Source of the DNA: Paludibacteraceae bacterium
GTDB lineage: Bacteria; Bacteroidota; Bacteroidia; Bacteroidales; Paludibacteraceae
Assembly: GCA_045612365.1 (NCBI GenBank)
Contig: JAZKYY010000010.1
Location: 5,431 to 69,430 of the forward strand
Direction of reading: 5' to 3'
Length of the DNA: 64,000 nucleotides
The notes beneath the pieces are model-generated. The model was not told the DNA's origin, did no database searches, and saw only the letters and a list, made by a program, of their open reading frames with translations. Shown piece after piece: positions 40,361 through 48,362 of this stretch. The translations under genes and the position numbers were made by a program. Within the stretch, counting starts at the first letter, position 1. Each line of letters begins with the position of its first letter.

Positions 40361-40699
40361 ATGTATACTTTACTTACTATTTTGATAGTGATTTTGGCGG
40401 CAGTTTTGGTGCTTATTGTTTTGGTTCAAAATTCCAAAGGTGGTGGTTTGGCTTCGAGTTTTTCGTCGACGAATCAAATTATGGGAGTTTCTAAAACTAC
40501 TGACTTTTTAGAAAAAACTACTTGGACTTTGATGGCGGCAATCATTGTTTTGAGCATTTTTGCTACAGCAGCGATTCCTCAAGAAGCGGAAAAGAAATCT
40601 ACTCAATTGACAGAAGAAGTTCAATCGCATCAGCAACAAACAGAAGATGCTTCTCAGGAAATCCCTGGTTTTGCGGCTCCAGTTGATGCAGAGGAGTAA
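40361..40699 (+). CDS. secG: Preprotein translocase subunit SecG
   Basis: 'LLTILIVILAAVLVLIVLVQNSKGGGL' SecG signature. The ATG at 40361 follows 'GGAGATAATT'. Confidence 0.85.
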   Translation: MYTLLTILIVILAAVLVLIVLVQNSKGGGLASSFSSTNQIMGVSKTTDFLEKTTWTLMAAIIVLSIFATAAIPQEAEKKSTQLTEEVQSHQQQTEDASQEIPGFAAPVDAEE

Positions 40700-40724
40700 A
40701 ATTTTTCTAGAAAAAGAACAGTTA

Positions 40725-40759
40725 AAAACCAACTCAAAATTTTGGGTCGGTTTTTTTTA
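40725..40759 (+). terminator. Probable rho-independent terminator of secG
   Basis: Imperfect stem ACCAACTC/GGGTCGGT followed by T8. Confidence 0.5.
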
Positions 40760-40852
40760 TTGTTAGTGGTAAATAATTTTTTTCTTTACATTTGCCCTAG
40801 TATGATGAACGTGTGCAACATATTATTCCCATTAGAAACCTGCGAGTTTTCT

Positions 40853-40865
40853 ACACACACACACA
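40853..40865. repeat. (AC)6A microsatellite in the 329-nt spacer left of the island
   Basis: 'acacacacacaca' read directly from the sequence. Confidence 0.9.
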
Positions 40866-41028
40866 AGAAATAGGGCGTTTTTGCCTACGCATAAGTTATA
40901 CATAAGTCGGTCGATTTTGAAGGAAGTCGAGCGTTTTTTTTATTAACAGAATGTTTTTATATGTTCAATATTATAAAAAATCACTTTTTAAGAGGGAGCA
41001 TTCTAAAAAAATGAATTTCTAAAGGAAA

Positions 41029-42294
41029 ATGGTTCTTATTTGGATAAAACGGATATTAGGTATAGTAACAACACCATCAAATGAAAATGACGGTGATAAA
41101 ATTGCATTGCTAAAATCGTTAGGCAAAGAACACTCCTTACAAGAATTAGACATTCGAAAGAGAATCACCCGGGAAGAAAAAGAAAAGATAAAATTATCTC
41201 CGATAAGCTGGTATAAGATTTTAATTCATAAACATATCGAAAGAGTTCCGAATAATATTTTTCAGGCATATAAACTTAATAAAGTTTTGACTCTGAAAGA
41301 ATTGAAGGAAGAACGATTAAAGAAAGAAGCTCATGAATTGAAAGTTCTAGAAGATAGTGTAAATGCCTTACTTCTAGATATAGATTCCTTAATAAAAAAT
41401 CGAAAAGCAGAAGATGCAAAACGTAAATTAAATACTGTTTTAGAAAAAATTGTCAAAGTAAAAGATTCTTCCATTCGATATAGACTTAATCAACTTCAAA
41501 TTTCTTTAGATAAACTTCTAACAGAACTTAAAGAAGAGGAACTTGCAAGACTAGCAGAAGAAAGACGACGCAGAGAAGAAGAAGCCAAAAGGCAAAAGGA
41601 AGCAGAAGAAAGAGCAAAGAAAGAGAGAGAAAGGAAAGAGCGAGAAGAAAGGGAAAGGAAAGAAGCACAAGCAAAACGACTTGCCGATGAAGCAAGACGA
41701 AAGGAAGATGCAGAAAGGCAAGAACGCCAGCGGCTGGAGGCGCTTTCTTCTGAGTTAAAGGATGACTGGCAGGCAATAATTGATGTTTTGAATGAGAATG
41801 GTATAAGATATTTGTATCATTTTACTGACAGAAGCAATATTTCACTAATCAAAAGATATGGTGGGCTCTTATCTTGGGCTTATTGTGAGAGGCATGGAAT
41901 AAGAATACCAAAACCCGGAGGTGGTCAACTAAGTCGTCAATTAGATGTAAGCAGAAATCTACAAGACTATGTAAGAATCAGTTTCACGAGGGAACACCCA
42001 ATGAAATATAAAGCGAAAAATGATGGTAGAATAACCGACCCTGTAAATCTTATAATTGACATAAGAGCTGCTTGTATTGCAAGTGCATTGTATTCCAATA
42101 AGAATGCAACAATAATGCGTGAACCTGTAAACATTGGTAGTACAATTGACGATTTGAAACAAATACATTTTCGTTCGGTTAAAGCATCCAAACATTTTGA
42201 CTTGGACGATGAAGAGCGTTCCTACTTCCAAGCAGAGATTATGATTAAAACATTCCTTTCCAAAAAGTATATAATAAATCTAGATAAATTTTGA
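41029..42294 (+). CDS. Coiled-coil / ER-K helix protein with a C-terminal DarT-like (DUF4433) ADP-ribosyltransferase domain
   Basis: 421 aa. Residues ~167-238 are almost pure E/R/K/A ('EERRRREEEAKRQKEAEERAKKERERKEREERERKEAQAKR...'). Residues ~246-421 carry 'LYHFTDRSNISLIKRYGGLLS', 'LQDYVRISF' and 'YFQAEIMIK' in the order of the DarT H-Y-E motifs. Confidence 0.6.
   Translation: MVLIWIKRILGIVTTPSNENDGDKIALLKSLGKEHSLQELDIRKRITREEKEKIKLSPISWYKILIHKHIERVPNNIFQAYKLNKVLTLKELKEERLKKEAHELKVLEDSVNALLLDIDSLIKNRKAEDAKRKLNTVLEKIVKVKDSSIRYRLNQLQISLDKLLTELKEEELARLAEERRRREEEAKRQKEAEERAKKERERKEREERERKEAQAKRLADEARRKEDAERQERQRLEALSSELKDDWQAIIDVLNENGIRYLYHFTDRSNISLIKRYGGLLSWAYCERHGIRIPKPGGGQLSRQLDVSRNLQDYVRISFTREHPMKYKAKNDGRITDPVNLIIDIRAACIASALYSNKNATIMREPVNIGSTIDDLKQIHFRSVKASKHFDLDDEERSYFQAEIMIKTFLSKKYIINLDKF
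41527..41742 (+). repeat. Polypurine low-complexity tract encoding the ER/K segment
   Basis: Roughly 200 nt made almost entirely of A/G on the plus strand (gaagaaagacgacgcagagaagaagaagcc...). Confidence 0.85.
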
Positions 42295-42297
42295 ATT

Positions 42298-42996
42298 ATG
42301 ATATACGTCGTAAATAAAAAGCGAAAGCTGGAGAAAGTCAAAGAGGATTTCCCTAATGCAACGATATTGGATATTACCTCAACCTCTAATATGAGATATG
42401 CGCAGATATTGAGTCCTTTCTATCCGCACATGAACATTCCCATACCATTTACGGAAGGACTGACGGCTACATGTGTAGAAGCCGTATGGCAAGGACTGAA
42501 GGTCTTTGATGGTGCGGATGTAGATTTTGCCACATTCAGAAATGACACGATGAGAGACTTGAAACGAACAGTTCGCAAGTATGGTATGCCAAAGGGACAT
42601 CGAAAAGGAGCATACGGGAAAGAATTGTTAGGCTACTTTGAGGCTCGAATGCTCATTTATTTACCAACGTACAAGTGGGTACTCGATAATGCCCCAGAAG
42701 TGCATCATGTAGTAGAACGCATAAAAGAGCAAAGCAAGATACATGATATAATTCTATTAGATTATAACACCAACATCGATTTCCGAGATGCTTCAAAGCC
42801 GTTATCACATGCAGGGCTTGTAAAACTCTATATCGAAGGGAATTATCCTAAGGGCTTAGAGGGTTATCAGCCAATGACGAAAGATGAATTGGAGCAAAAG
42901 AAATTACGAGACAAGGAGCTGAGAAAAGAAATAAAAAAACAGGCAGAAATGAAAAAAATATTAGGAGATATAACTCTATTTGATAATAACGAATAA
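42298..42996 (+). CDS. NADAR (YbiA/DUF1768)-like protein, candidate ADP-ribose-removing antidote (tentative)
   Basis: 232 aa. 'LSPFYP...GLTATCVEAVWQGLKVF' resembles the NADAR 'FSNF...SxEHYFQAxKF' core, and 'LLDYNTN...SHAGLVKLYIEG' resembles its C-terminal block. Starts 3 nt after the DarT-like gene. Confidence 0.4.
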   Translation: MIYVVNKKRKLEKVKEDFPNATILDITSTSNMRYAQILSPFYPHMNIPIPFTEGLTATCVEAVWQGLKVFDGADVDFATFRNDTMRDLKRTVRKYGMPKGHRKGAYGKELLGYFEARMLIYLPTYKWVLDNAPEVHHVVERIKEQSKIHDIILLDYNTNIDFRDASKPLSHAGLVKLYIEGNYPKGLEGYQPMTKDELEQKKLRDKELRKEIKKQAEMKKILGDITLFDNNE

Positions 42997-43008
42997 AATT
43001 ACAACGAT

Positions 43009-44538
43009 ATGGAAAATATAAACGAATACATTGGTTTGATACTGGCAGTTGCCATTGTGCTTATTGTGATAACCCTTCAAGTTATTAGTTTTATCGAAAC
43101 ACAAAATAAAATTAAAGAACTTTGTGGCTTGTTTAATGATGTAGAAAAACTTATTTTGAAAGAAACTTCTATTACAACAAGCAATCTCAGTACAAAAAGG
43201 TCTTTACAAACATTCTTGAAGAATATTCCTAACCGTCATGTAAAAGACGAAGCTGAAGAGGAAGATGAGCATACCGATTATACAGATCTTTCACTCGTAG
43301 TCTTCTCTAATGGAAGAAATGCCAACAAACGTATGCGAATGATAGTAGATAGAACTAATGAATATCTCTGTAAGAATACGGGCACAAGTGCAGATTTAGG
43401 GATACTTGAAGATATTTGTGACAATCAGAAGAATGCTCTTGAAGATGAAATACACAACAGCTTAAATGTTCCCCTTTATCTTGGATTGTCTGGAACATTT
43501 ATCGGCATCATTACAGGTCTATGGGGTATTGATTTTCAAAAAATATTTGGAGTTGGAGGAGAACTTACAGGGCTTCAACATCTTCTATATGGTGTAGTAG
43601 TAGCTATGATTGCCAGTCTTCTGGGATTAGGGCTTACCGTATTTAACAGTGCCATTTCGTACAAAGCTGCAATTTCGAAAGCCAACGAGGGGAAAGGAGA
43701 TTATATGGATTTTCTCCGTCGTGAATTGATGCCACTTTTGTCAAATAGTATGGCATCAAGCTTGAACTCTTTGCGAGGTGTACTTGGCCACTTTGTTGAC
43801 AAGTTTGGACGAAATCTTGATGCTTATGCCGATTCTGCCGAATTACTTAATGACAATCTAGAGAAACAACATTTAGTATTAGAAGAAATTAACAAATTGA
43901 GTTTAACAAAAACTGCTAATAAAATAGCAGAAACTTTCGTTCAATTAAAAGATTCCTCCGACTCACTCTCAATATTTCAAACATATCAACAACAACTAAA
44001 CACTACAATTGCTAATGTATCGGGAGTAGTTACTCAAATACAAACATTACTAACTAAATTTGAAGAGTTTTCTGTTGGCTTGTCACTTGTTGTCAGTAAT
44101 CAAAACAAAACAAATGAATTGCAAAGAGAATTCCAAGAAGCCATAACAACACATTTCCCAACTGGTTCAGAAGCGAGGGATGCTTGGCGCAAGGAGTTTG
44201 ATTTGTTTATATCGGAAGGGAAACAAGTTTCAGAGAGCCTGTCTACACAACTAACAGCATCTACAGAGCATATTCAGAACTTCGTCGCAAATAACAAAGA
44301 ATTCTTTGACACGTTTGATAAGATAAAAGAAGTACTTGCTACGATGGTACAATATACGCAAGTACAAGCCGATTGCTACAAGGATTTGAAGGGGGAAGTT
44401 TTGAATTTGCGTAAAGATTATAAGGATGCACAGCAAGAGTCCATCGAGTTACATAAGGCAACACTGCAAGCTGTAGATGCAATGACAAAAGCCATTAAAG
44501 ATATAAACAAAAATAATTATGGCAAAAAAGAAATATAG
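43009..44538 (+). CDS. ZorA-like MotA/ExbB/TolQ-family channel protein with a long C-terminal helical tail
   Basis: 509 aa. TM1 spans aa 8-28. Channel helices are 'PLYLGLSGTFIGIITGLWG' and 'LLYGVVVAMIASLLGLGLTVFNSAI', followed by ~285 aa of heptad-like helical sequence. Confidence 0.7.
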   Translation: MENINEYIGLILAVAIVLIVITLQVISFIETQNKIKELCGLFNDVEKLILKETSITTSNLSTKRSLQTFLKNIPNRHVKDEAEEEDEHTDYTDLSLVVFSNGRNANKRMRMIVDRTNEYLCKNTGTSADLGILEDICDNQKNALEDEIHNSLNVPLYLGLSGTFIGIITGLWGIDFQKIFGVGGELTGLQHLLYGVVVAMIASLLGLGLTVFNSAISYKAAISKANEGKGDYMDFLRRELMPLLSNSMASSLNSLRGVLGHFVDKFGRNLDAYADSAELLNDNLEKQHLVLEEINKLSLTKTANKIAETFVQLKDSSDSLSIFQTYQQQLNTTIANVSGVVTQIQTLLTKFEEFSVGLSLVVSNQNKTNELQREFQEAITTHFPTGSEARDAWRKEFDLFISEGKQVSESLSTQLTASTEHIQNFVANNKEFFDTFDKIKEVLATMVQYTQVQADCYKDLKGEVLNLRKDYKDAQQESIELHKATLQAVDAMTKAIKDINKNNYGKKEI

Positions 44539-45199
44539 TGACTCATTCTGGCTCAGTTATTCGGATTTGATGACGAGTCTCTTTTTCATTATGCTAGTTT
44601 TGTTCATAATATGTGTGGCCAAAATGGGCAAAGCTTTAAATGATGCTAATGCTTCGAATGAACAATTAAAGCGTATTCTACAACTCGACACCATGTTTGT
44701 AGAACTAAGCAAAACGTCTGCGTTACAATATGTCGAGGAACAGAAGATGTTTGTTGCAAAGGATTTTATTGGTATTGAAATTTTTAATCCGTTTACAGGT
44801 TCAAATTGGGAAGAAGCAACTACTATTAAGCAAGAATATCTTCAAACAGTAGATTTTGTTGGACAATCTCTTTTAAAAGTCGTAAAAACACTATATGAGA
44901 AAAATCCAGATTTGAATTTCCAATTAGTTATTGAAGGTTATGCTGCTATTCCTTGGCAGCTACTTCAAAATCACAGCTATAATGCAGATAATAAAAGAAT
45001 GTATGAACTAAGCTACCATCGAGCATTATCACTTTATCGCAGATGGCTTTCAAAAGGCATAAACCTTCGAACTTATAATACAGAAGTTATTATTGCTGGA
45101 AGTGGATTTAATGGAAACAATAGAGATAATAAAGTGGAAGAGAATAACAAAAGGTTTGTGATTCAGATTATTCCAAAGATTTCAATGCCCTCCAAATAA
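44519..45199 (+). CDS. ZorB-like MotB/OmpA-family protein
   Basis: 226 aa. 'FWLSYSDLMTSLFFIMLVLFII' is a MotB-type TM helix with the conserved Asp. The OmpA-like C-terminus reads 'LVIEGYAA...ELSYHRALSLYRRWL...IIAGSG'. 20-nt overlap with the ZorA-like gene. Confidence 0.7.
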   Translation: MAKKKYSDSFWLSYSDLMTSLFFIMLVLFIICVAKMGKALNDANASNEQLKRILQLDTMFVELSKTSALQYVEEQKMFVAKDFIGIEIFNPFTGSNWEEATTIKQEYLQTVDFVGQSLLKVVKTLYEKNPDLNFQLVIEGYAAIPWQLLQNHSYNADNKRMYELSYHRALSLYRRWLSKGINLRTYNTEVIIAGSGFNGNNRDNKVEENNKRFVIQIIPKISMPSK

Positions 45200-45207
45200 T
45201 AATTTCC

Positions 45208-47259
45208 CTACCACTTAGGCGAAATTCCTACGAAGAATTCGAAATTGATGCCGGGCATAGGGCGTGAGAGTACGGAGAGGTACTCCTCATCAAAGAGATT
45301 GTTTATCGTGCCTTTTAGCGACAAATCGGCCCAGCGGAAGAGGAAAAGCTTTTCTAGTGAGATGTTGCTCATAAAGTAGGGCGGAAGCTTGCCAGTGAGC
45401 GAGAGGTCGTTGCTCGACATGGTGAAGCGTTCGCTATAGTAGCACCACTTGTAGGTAAACGTCCAGCGTCGCCACGAGAGTCGCCCGTTGATGGTGGACG
45501 AGAGCAGTGGAATGTAGGGCAGTTGCTTACCTACCGATTGGTCGGCCGGCGAGCGTGGCTCGCCTTGGTTGATGGAGGGCGTCCACGAGAAAGTGCCGTT
45601 TAGCCCAAGTCGCCAATCTTTGGGGAAAATCAAGTTCAAGTCGGCTTGCAATTCCACACCATAAGCATGCACATCTTTGATATTGTCGGGTGAGAAAAAT
45701 CCTTTGGTCGTTGGCAACCAAATAATCCAATCGTTGATGTAAGAATCGAACCACGTGGCAGAGCCCGAAAGCGAATAAACATCTTTTTTCCCTGCAGCGA
45801 ACGAAAGTCCGGCATCGTAGGTCCAACCGCTTTCTTGCTTGAGTTCGGGGTTTCCCCCGGGCAAAAAGTAAAGGTCGTTGAGCGTGGGGAAACGGAAGTT
45901 GCGTGAAACCGACGCTTTTGCCATCAGATTGCCTTTTTTGGACAATACGCCGTCGATAAAAAATGCAGGAATCACCGGAGTCCAGTTCTTCCCATAAAGT
46001 TCTTCGCGCACCACCACCGACATTCCGAGTCGGTCGATTGGTTGCCATTTGACCGATGCACTACCCGAAAGTTCTATGCGTGCTTTTCGGTAACCCACAA
46101 TGCCTTTGTCGCCACTTTGTAGAACGACGTTTTTGTCGCGACTCTCCACAAAGTGCTGATGTGCCGAAAGGTTGGCCATGAAAAGCCATTTTTTATGCAA
46201 ATGATATTCTCCCTCAACTTTTCCGTAAATTGTGTGAATTTTACTGCGTGAGCGGGTCATGTGTGCCATTACACCGTTGCCAAGGTCGCGTTTGTAGTCG
46301 TAGGCCATCCAAGTGTAGATGTAACCTGCGTTGGCAGAAACTTTCCACGCTTCGGCCAAATGGTCGTAGGAGAAAACACTGCGGAACGTATGTTCACGTT
46401 GTCGGTTATCGAAGTCGGTATCGTCGCCGTGGTCAACGGTTAGCATTGGTAGTTCGCGGTTGGAGTAGATGTACCAAGCGTTCAACCCGAAGCGGTCGCC
46501 ACGTTTGTTGTTGTAATAAACCTCTTGCAAAAGGTGTAGATCTTTGAACTCACCACTTTTGTTTCGCTCTATGGGGTAGTATTGCTCCACGATGTTCATA
46601 TCGTCGTCGTAAACGTTAATCTTTTTATCGTGATTGCGGAATTTGTAATTGTTTTTCGAAGTGGAAAAAACAACTCGTGTAGATGTTTGCCAATGTTCAT
46701 TGCCGTATGAGAGTCGGAGAAAATCGTCGAACGTGTAAAACGAGCCAACGCCTTGTACAAACTGCAGTCCAAAACCTTCTTGCTCGGCAGGTTTTGTAGA
46801 AAGTTTTATGGCTCCTCCGAGTCCGCCTCCCGTTTCGTTTACCGACGACGTTCCGTGAAGTAGCGATGCTTTATCGATAAAATACGACGGAATCATAGAA
46901 AAGTCCGTCATTCCAAGCATTGGGTTGTTTATTCGCATTCCGTTCCATGTTACTTGCGTATGCGATGGCGATGTGCCACGAAACGAAACAGTAGAGAGCG
47001 TTGCTCGTCCGTAACTTTTTACAAAAATAGGCGTGTTGAAAGTTAAAACATCGGCCATGGAGAGTGCAATGTTTTCTTTCAGTACTACGGAGTCGAGTTT
47101 GGTTTGCTGGATGCCAATTTCCTTCAAAGGTCTTTTACCATAAACCGTAACTTCAGGAATTAGGATTTTTTTATGCACATCGTATGTAGTACTATTTTCT
47201 TCGGCATTTGCAGAAAATAGCATCAGGAGTAAAATGTATGTCAAATAGCGTTTTTTCAT
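45208..47259 (-). CDS. TonB-dependent receptor, BtuB-like (corrinoid uptake by context)
   Basis: Signal peptide 'MKKRYLTYILLLMLFSANA', a plug domain, a 22-strand-type barrel, and the terminal '...NFEFFVGISPKW' aromatic end. It is the last gene of the B12-riboswitch operon. ATGA overlap with the upstream gene. Confidence 0.85.
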   Translation of the reverse strand: MKKRYLTYILLLMLFSANAEENSTTYDVHKKILIPEVTVYGKRPLKEIGIQQTKLDSVVLKENIALSMADVLTFNTPIFVKSYGRATLSTVSFRGTSPSHTQVTWNGMRINNPMLGMTDFSMIPSYFIDKASLLHGTSSVNETGGGLGGAIKLSTKPAEQEGFGLQFVQGVGSFYTFDDFLRLSYGNEHWQTSTRVVFSTSKNNYKFRNHDKKINVYDDDMNIVEQYYPIERNKSGEFKDLHLLQEVYYNNKRGDRFGLNAWYIYSNRELPMLTVDHGDDTDFDNRQREHTFRSVFSYDHLAEAWKVSANAGYIYTWMAYDYKRDLGNGVMAHMTRSRSKIHTIYGKVEGEYHLHKKWLFMANLSAHQHFVESRDKNVVLQSGDKGIVGYRKARIELSGSASVKWQPIDRLGMSVVVREELYGKNWTPVIPAFFIDGVLSKKGNLMAKASVSRNFRFPTLNDLYFLPGGNPELKQESGWTYDAGLSFAAGKKDVYSLSGSATWFDSYINDWIIWLPTTKGFFSPDNIKDVHAYGVELQADLNLIFPKDWRLGLNGTFSWTPSINQGEPRSPADQSVGKQLPYIPLLSSTINGRLSWRRWTFTYKWCYYSERFTMSSNDLSLTGKLPPYFMSNISLEKLFLFRWADLSLKGTINNLFDEEYLSVLSRPMPGINFEFFVGISPKW

Positions 47260-48323
47260 TTCCAACAAAATGCTCCGGGGATAATTCCTACATAAAATTC
47301 GTCGATAAGTTCGCCTTCTTTTGAATAGCGATAAATTTTCCCCTGCTGACAATAATCAATGGCGTCGGCTACGTACACGTCGCCTGTGCGTGGACAAATG
47401 GTAAGTCCGTAGTAAATGGTTTCTTGATAGGGCAGAAATGGTTTTATTGGCAGATAATCTGCTGTAACGTCCATCTCCCAAATATCGTTGTTTATCCAGT
47501 AGATTTTGTCTTTTGTGCCGTTGAGTTGTACTTCCGATGGCCAGTCGCCAAAAGTGAAACGAAATTGTTGCTCAATTTGGAAAGTTTCGGCATCAATACG
47601 GTAAAGCGATGGTGCTTCGTGTCCGTAAGGTGAACCTTCGTAGCCGCCGTCGGTAACTGTCCAAAGTTTGTTGTTGCAGTCCATAACGAGCGATGTGGGT
47701 TGAATGCCAACGGTAAGCTCGTCCACAACTTTGTCTGTTTCGGTATCAATTTTCAGAATACGATTTTGGTACGACCAACAATTTACGAATACGTATTTCC
47801 CGTATTGTACCATTTGTTCGGTAGAACCGCTTTCGGTGGTCATGTTGGGGCAATCGATGTAGCCGATAATTTCATATCGTTTTGGGTTGACAATAAAAAT
47901 GCGATTGTCCCAAATCTGCGTAATGTAGGCTTTTTCGTCGGAGATGAAATGCATGTAGCGTGGCGAGGTGAGGTTAGTTATTCGCCCAACTTCTTTGAAC
48001 GTGTTGATGTCGATGGCAAAAACTACGTGCGAATTGTTGACAACGACCCATCCTATCCCATCTCTAATAATCATCGATTGCGCTACGTCGCCAAGTTTCA
48101 TGGCATTGGCACGATAGAAAATTTCGTTTTCGATGGTTTTTGTTTCGGGGTCGTAGTAAGAAAGTGAGGCGTTGCCATACTGAAAATTGCCTTCGTTGGT
48201 AATGAAAAGCCCTTCGCCGCTTGCCGCAAAATCCTCTTCCAAACCGTACTCCCACTCCATGCAACTTGCAAGAAGAACAGAAGTGAAGAATACGGAAAGT
48301 AATATTTTTATTTTATATGGCAT
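47256..48323 (-). CDS. YncE-like beta-propeller surface lipoprotein (BtuG-like candidate)
   Basis: Lipobox 'LLASC', repeated propeller-blade-like segments, and a position immediately upstream of and translationally coupled to the receptor. Confidence 0.65.
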   Translation of the reverse strand: MPYKIKILLSVFFTSVLLASCMEWEYGLEEDFAASGEGLFITNEGNFQYGNASLSYYDPETKTIENEIFYRANAMKLGDVAQSMIIRDGIGWVVVNNSHVVFAIDINTFKEVGRITNLTSPRYMHFISDEKAYITQIWDNRIFIVNPKRYEIIGYIDCPNMTTESGSTEQMVQYGKYVFVNCWSYQNRILKIDTETDKVVDELTVGIQPTSLVMDCNNKLWTVTDGGYEGSPYGHEAPSLYRIDAETFQIEQQFRFTFGDWPSEVQLNGTKDKIYWINNDIWEMDVTADYLPIKPFLPYQETIYYGLTICPRTGDVYVADAIDYCQQGKIYRYSKEGELIDEFYVGIIPGAFCWK

Positions 48324-48362
48324 TTACTTGTGTTTTTTTGGAAAAGGTATTTCGTTTTTTTT

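Noticed and set aside
40853-40865. The (AC)6A run and nearby hairpins, considered as a possible CRISPR leader, att site or tRNA fragment.
   Set aside because: I could find no repeat-spacer periodicity, no tRNA-like cloverleaf and no matching direct repeat at the right end of the island. It is kept only as a simple repeat.
41528-41776. 82-aa Leu/Phe-rich minus-strand ORF that looks like a membrane peptide.
   Set aside because: It is the antisense reading of the polypurine ER/K tract of the DarT-like gene, where GAA/AAG codons read as TTC/CTT. It is a composition artefact.
45527-46547. 173-aa (minus), 105-aa and 60-aa (plus) Arg-rich ORFs inside the TonB-dependent receptor gene.
   Set aside because: They are alternative-frame or antisense ORFs created by the locally high GC. 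The receptor frame is supported end to end: signal peptide, plug, barrel and terminal aromatic residue.
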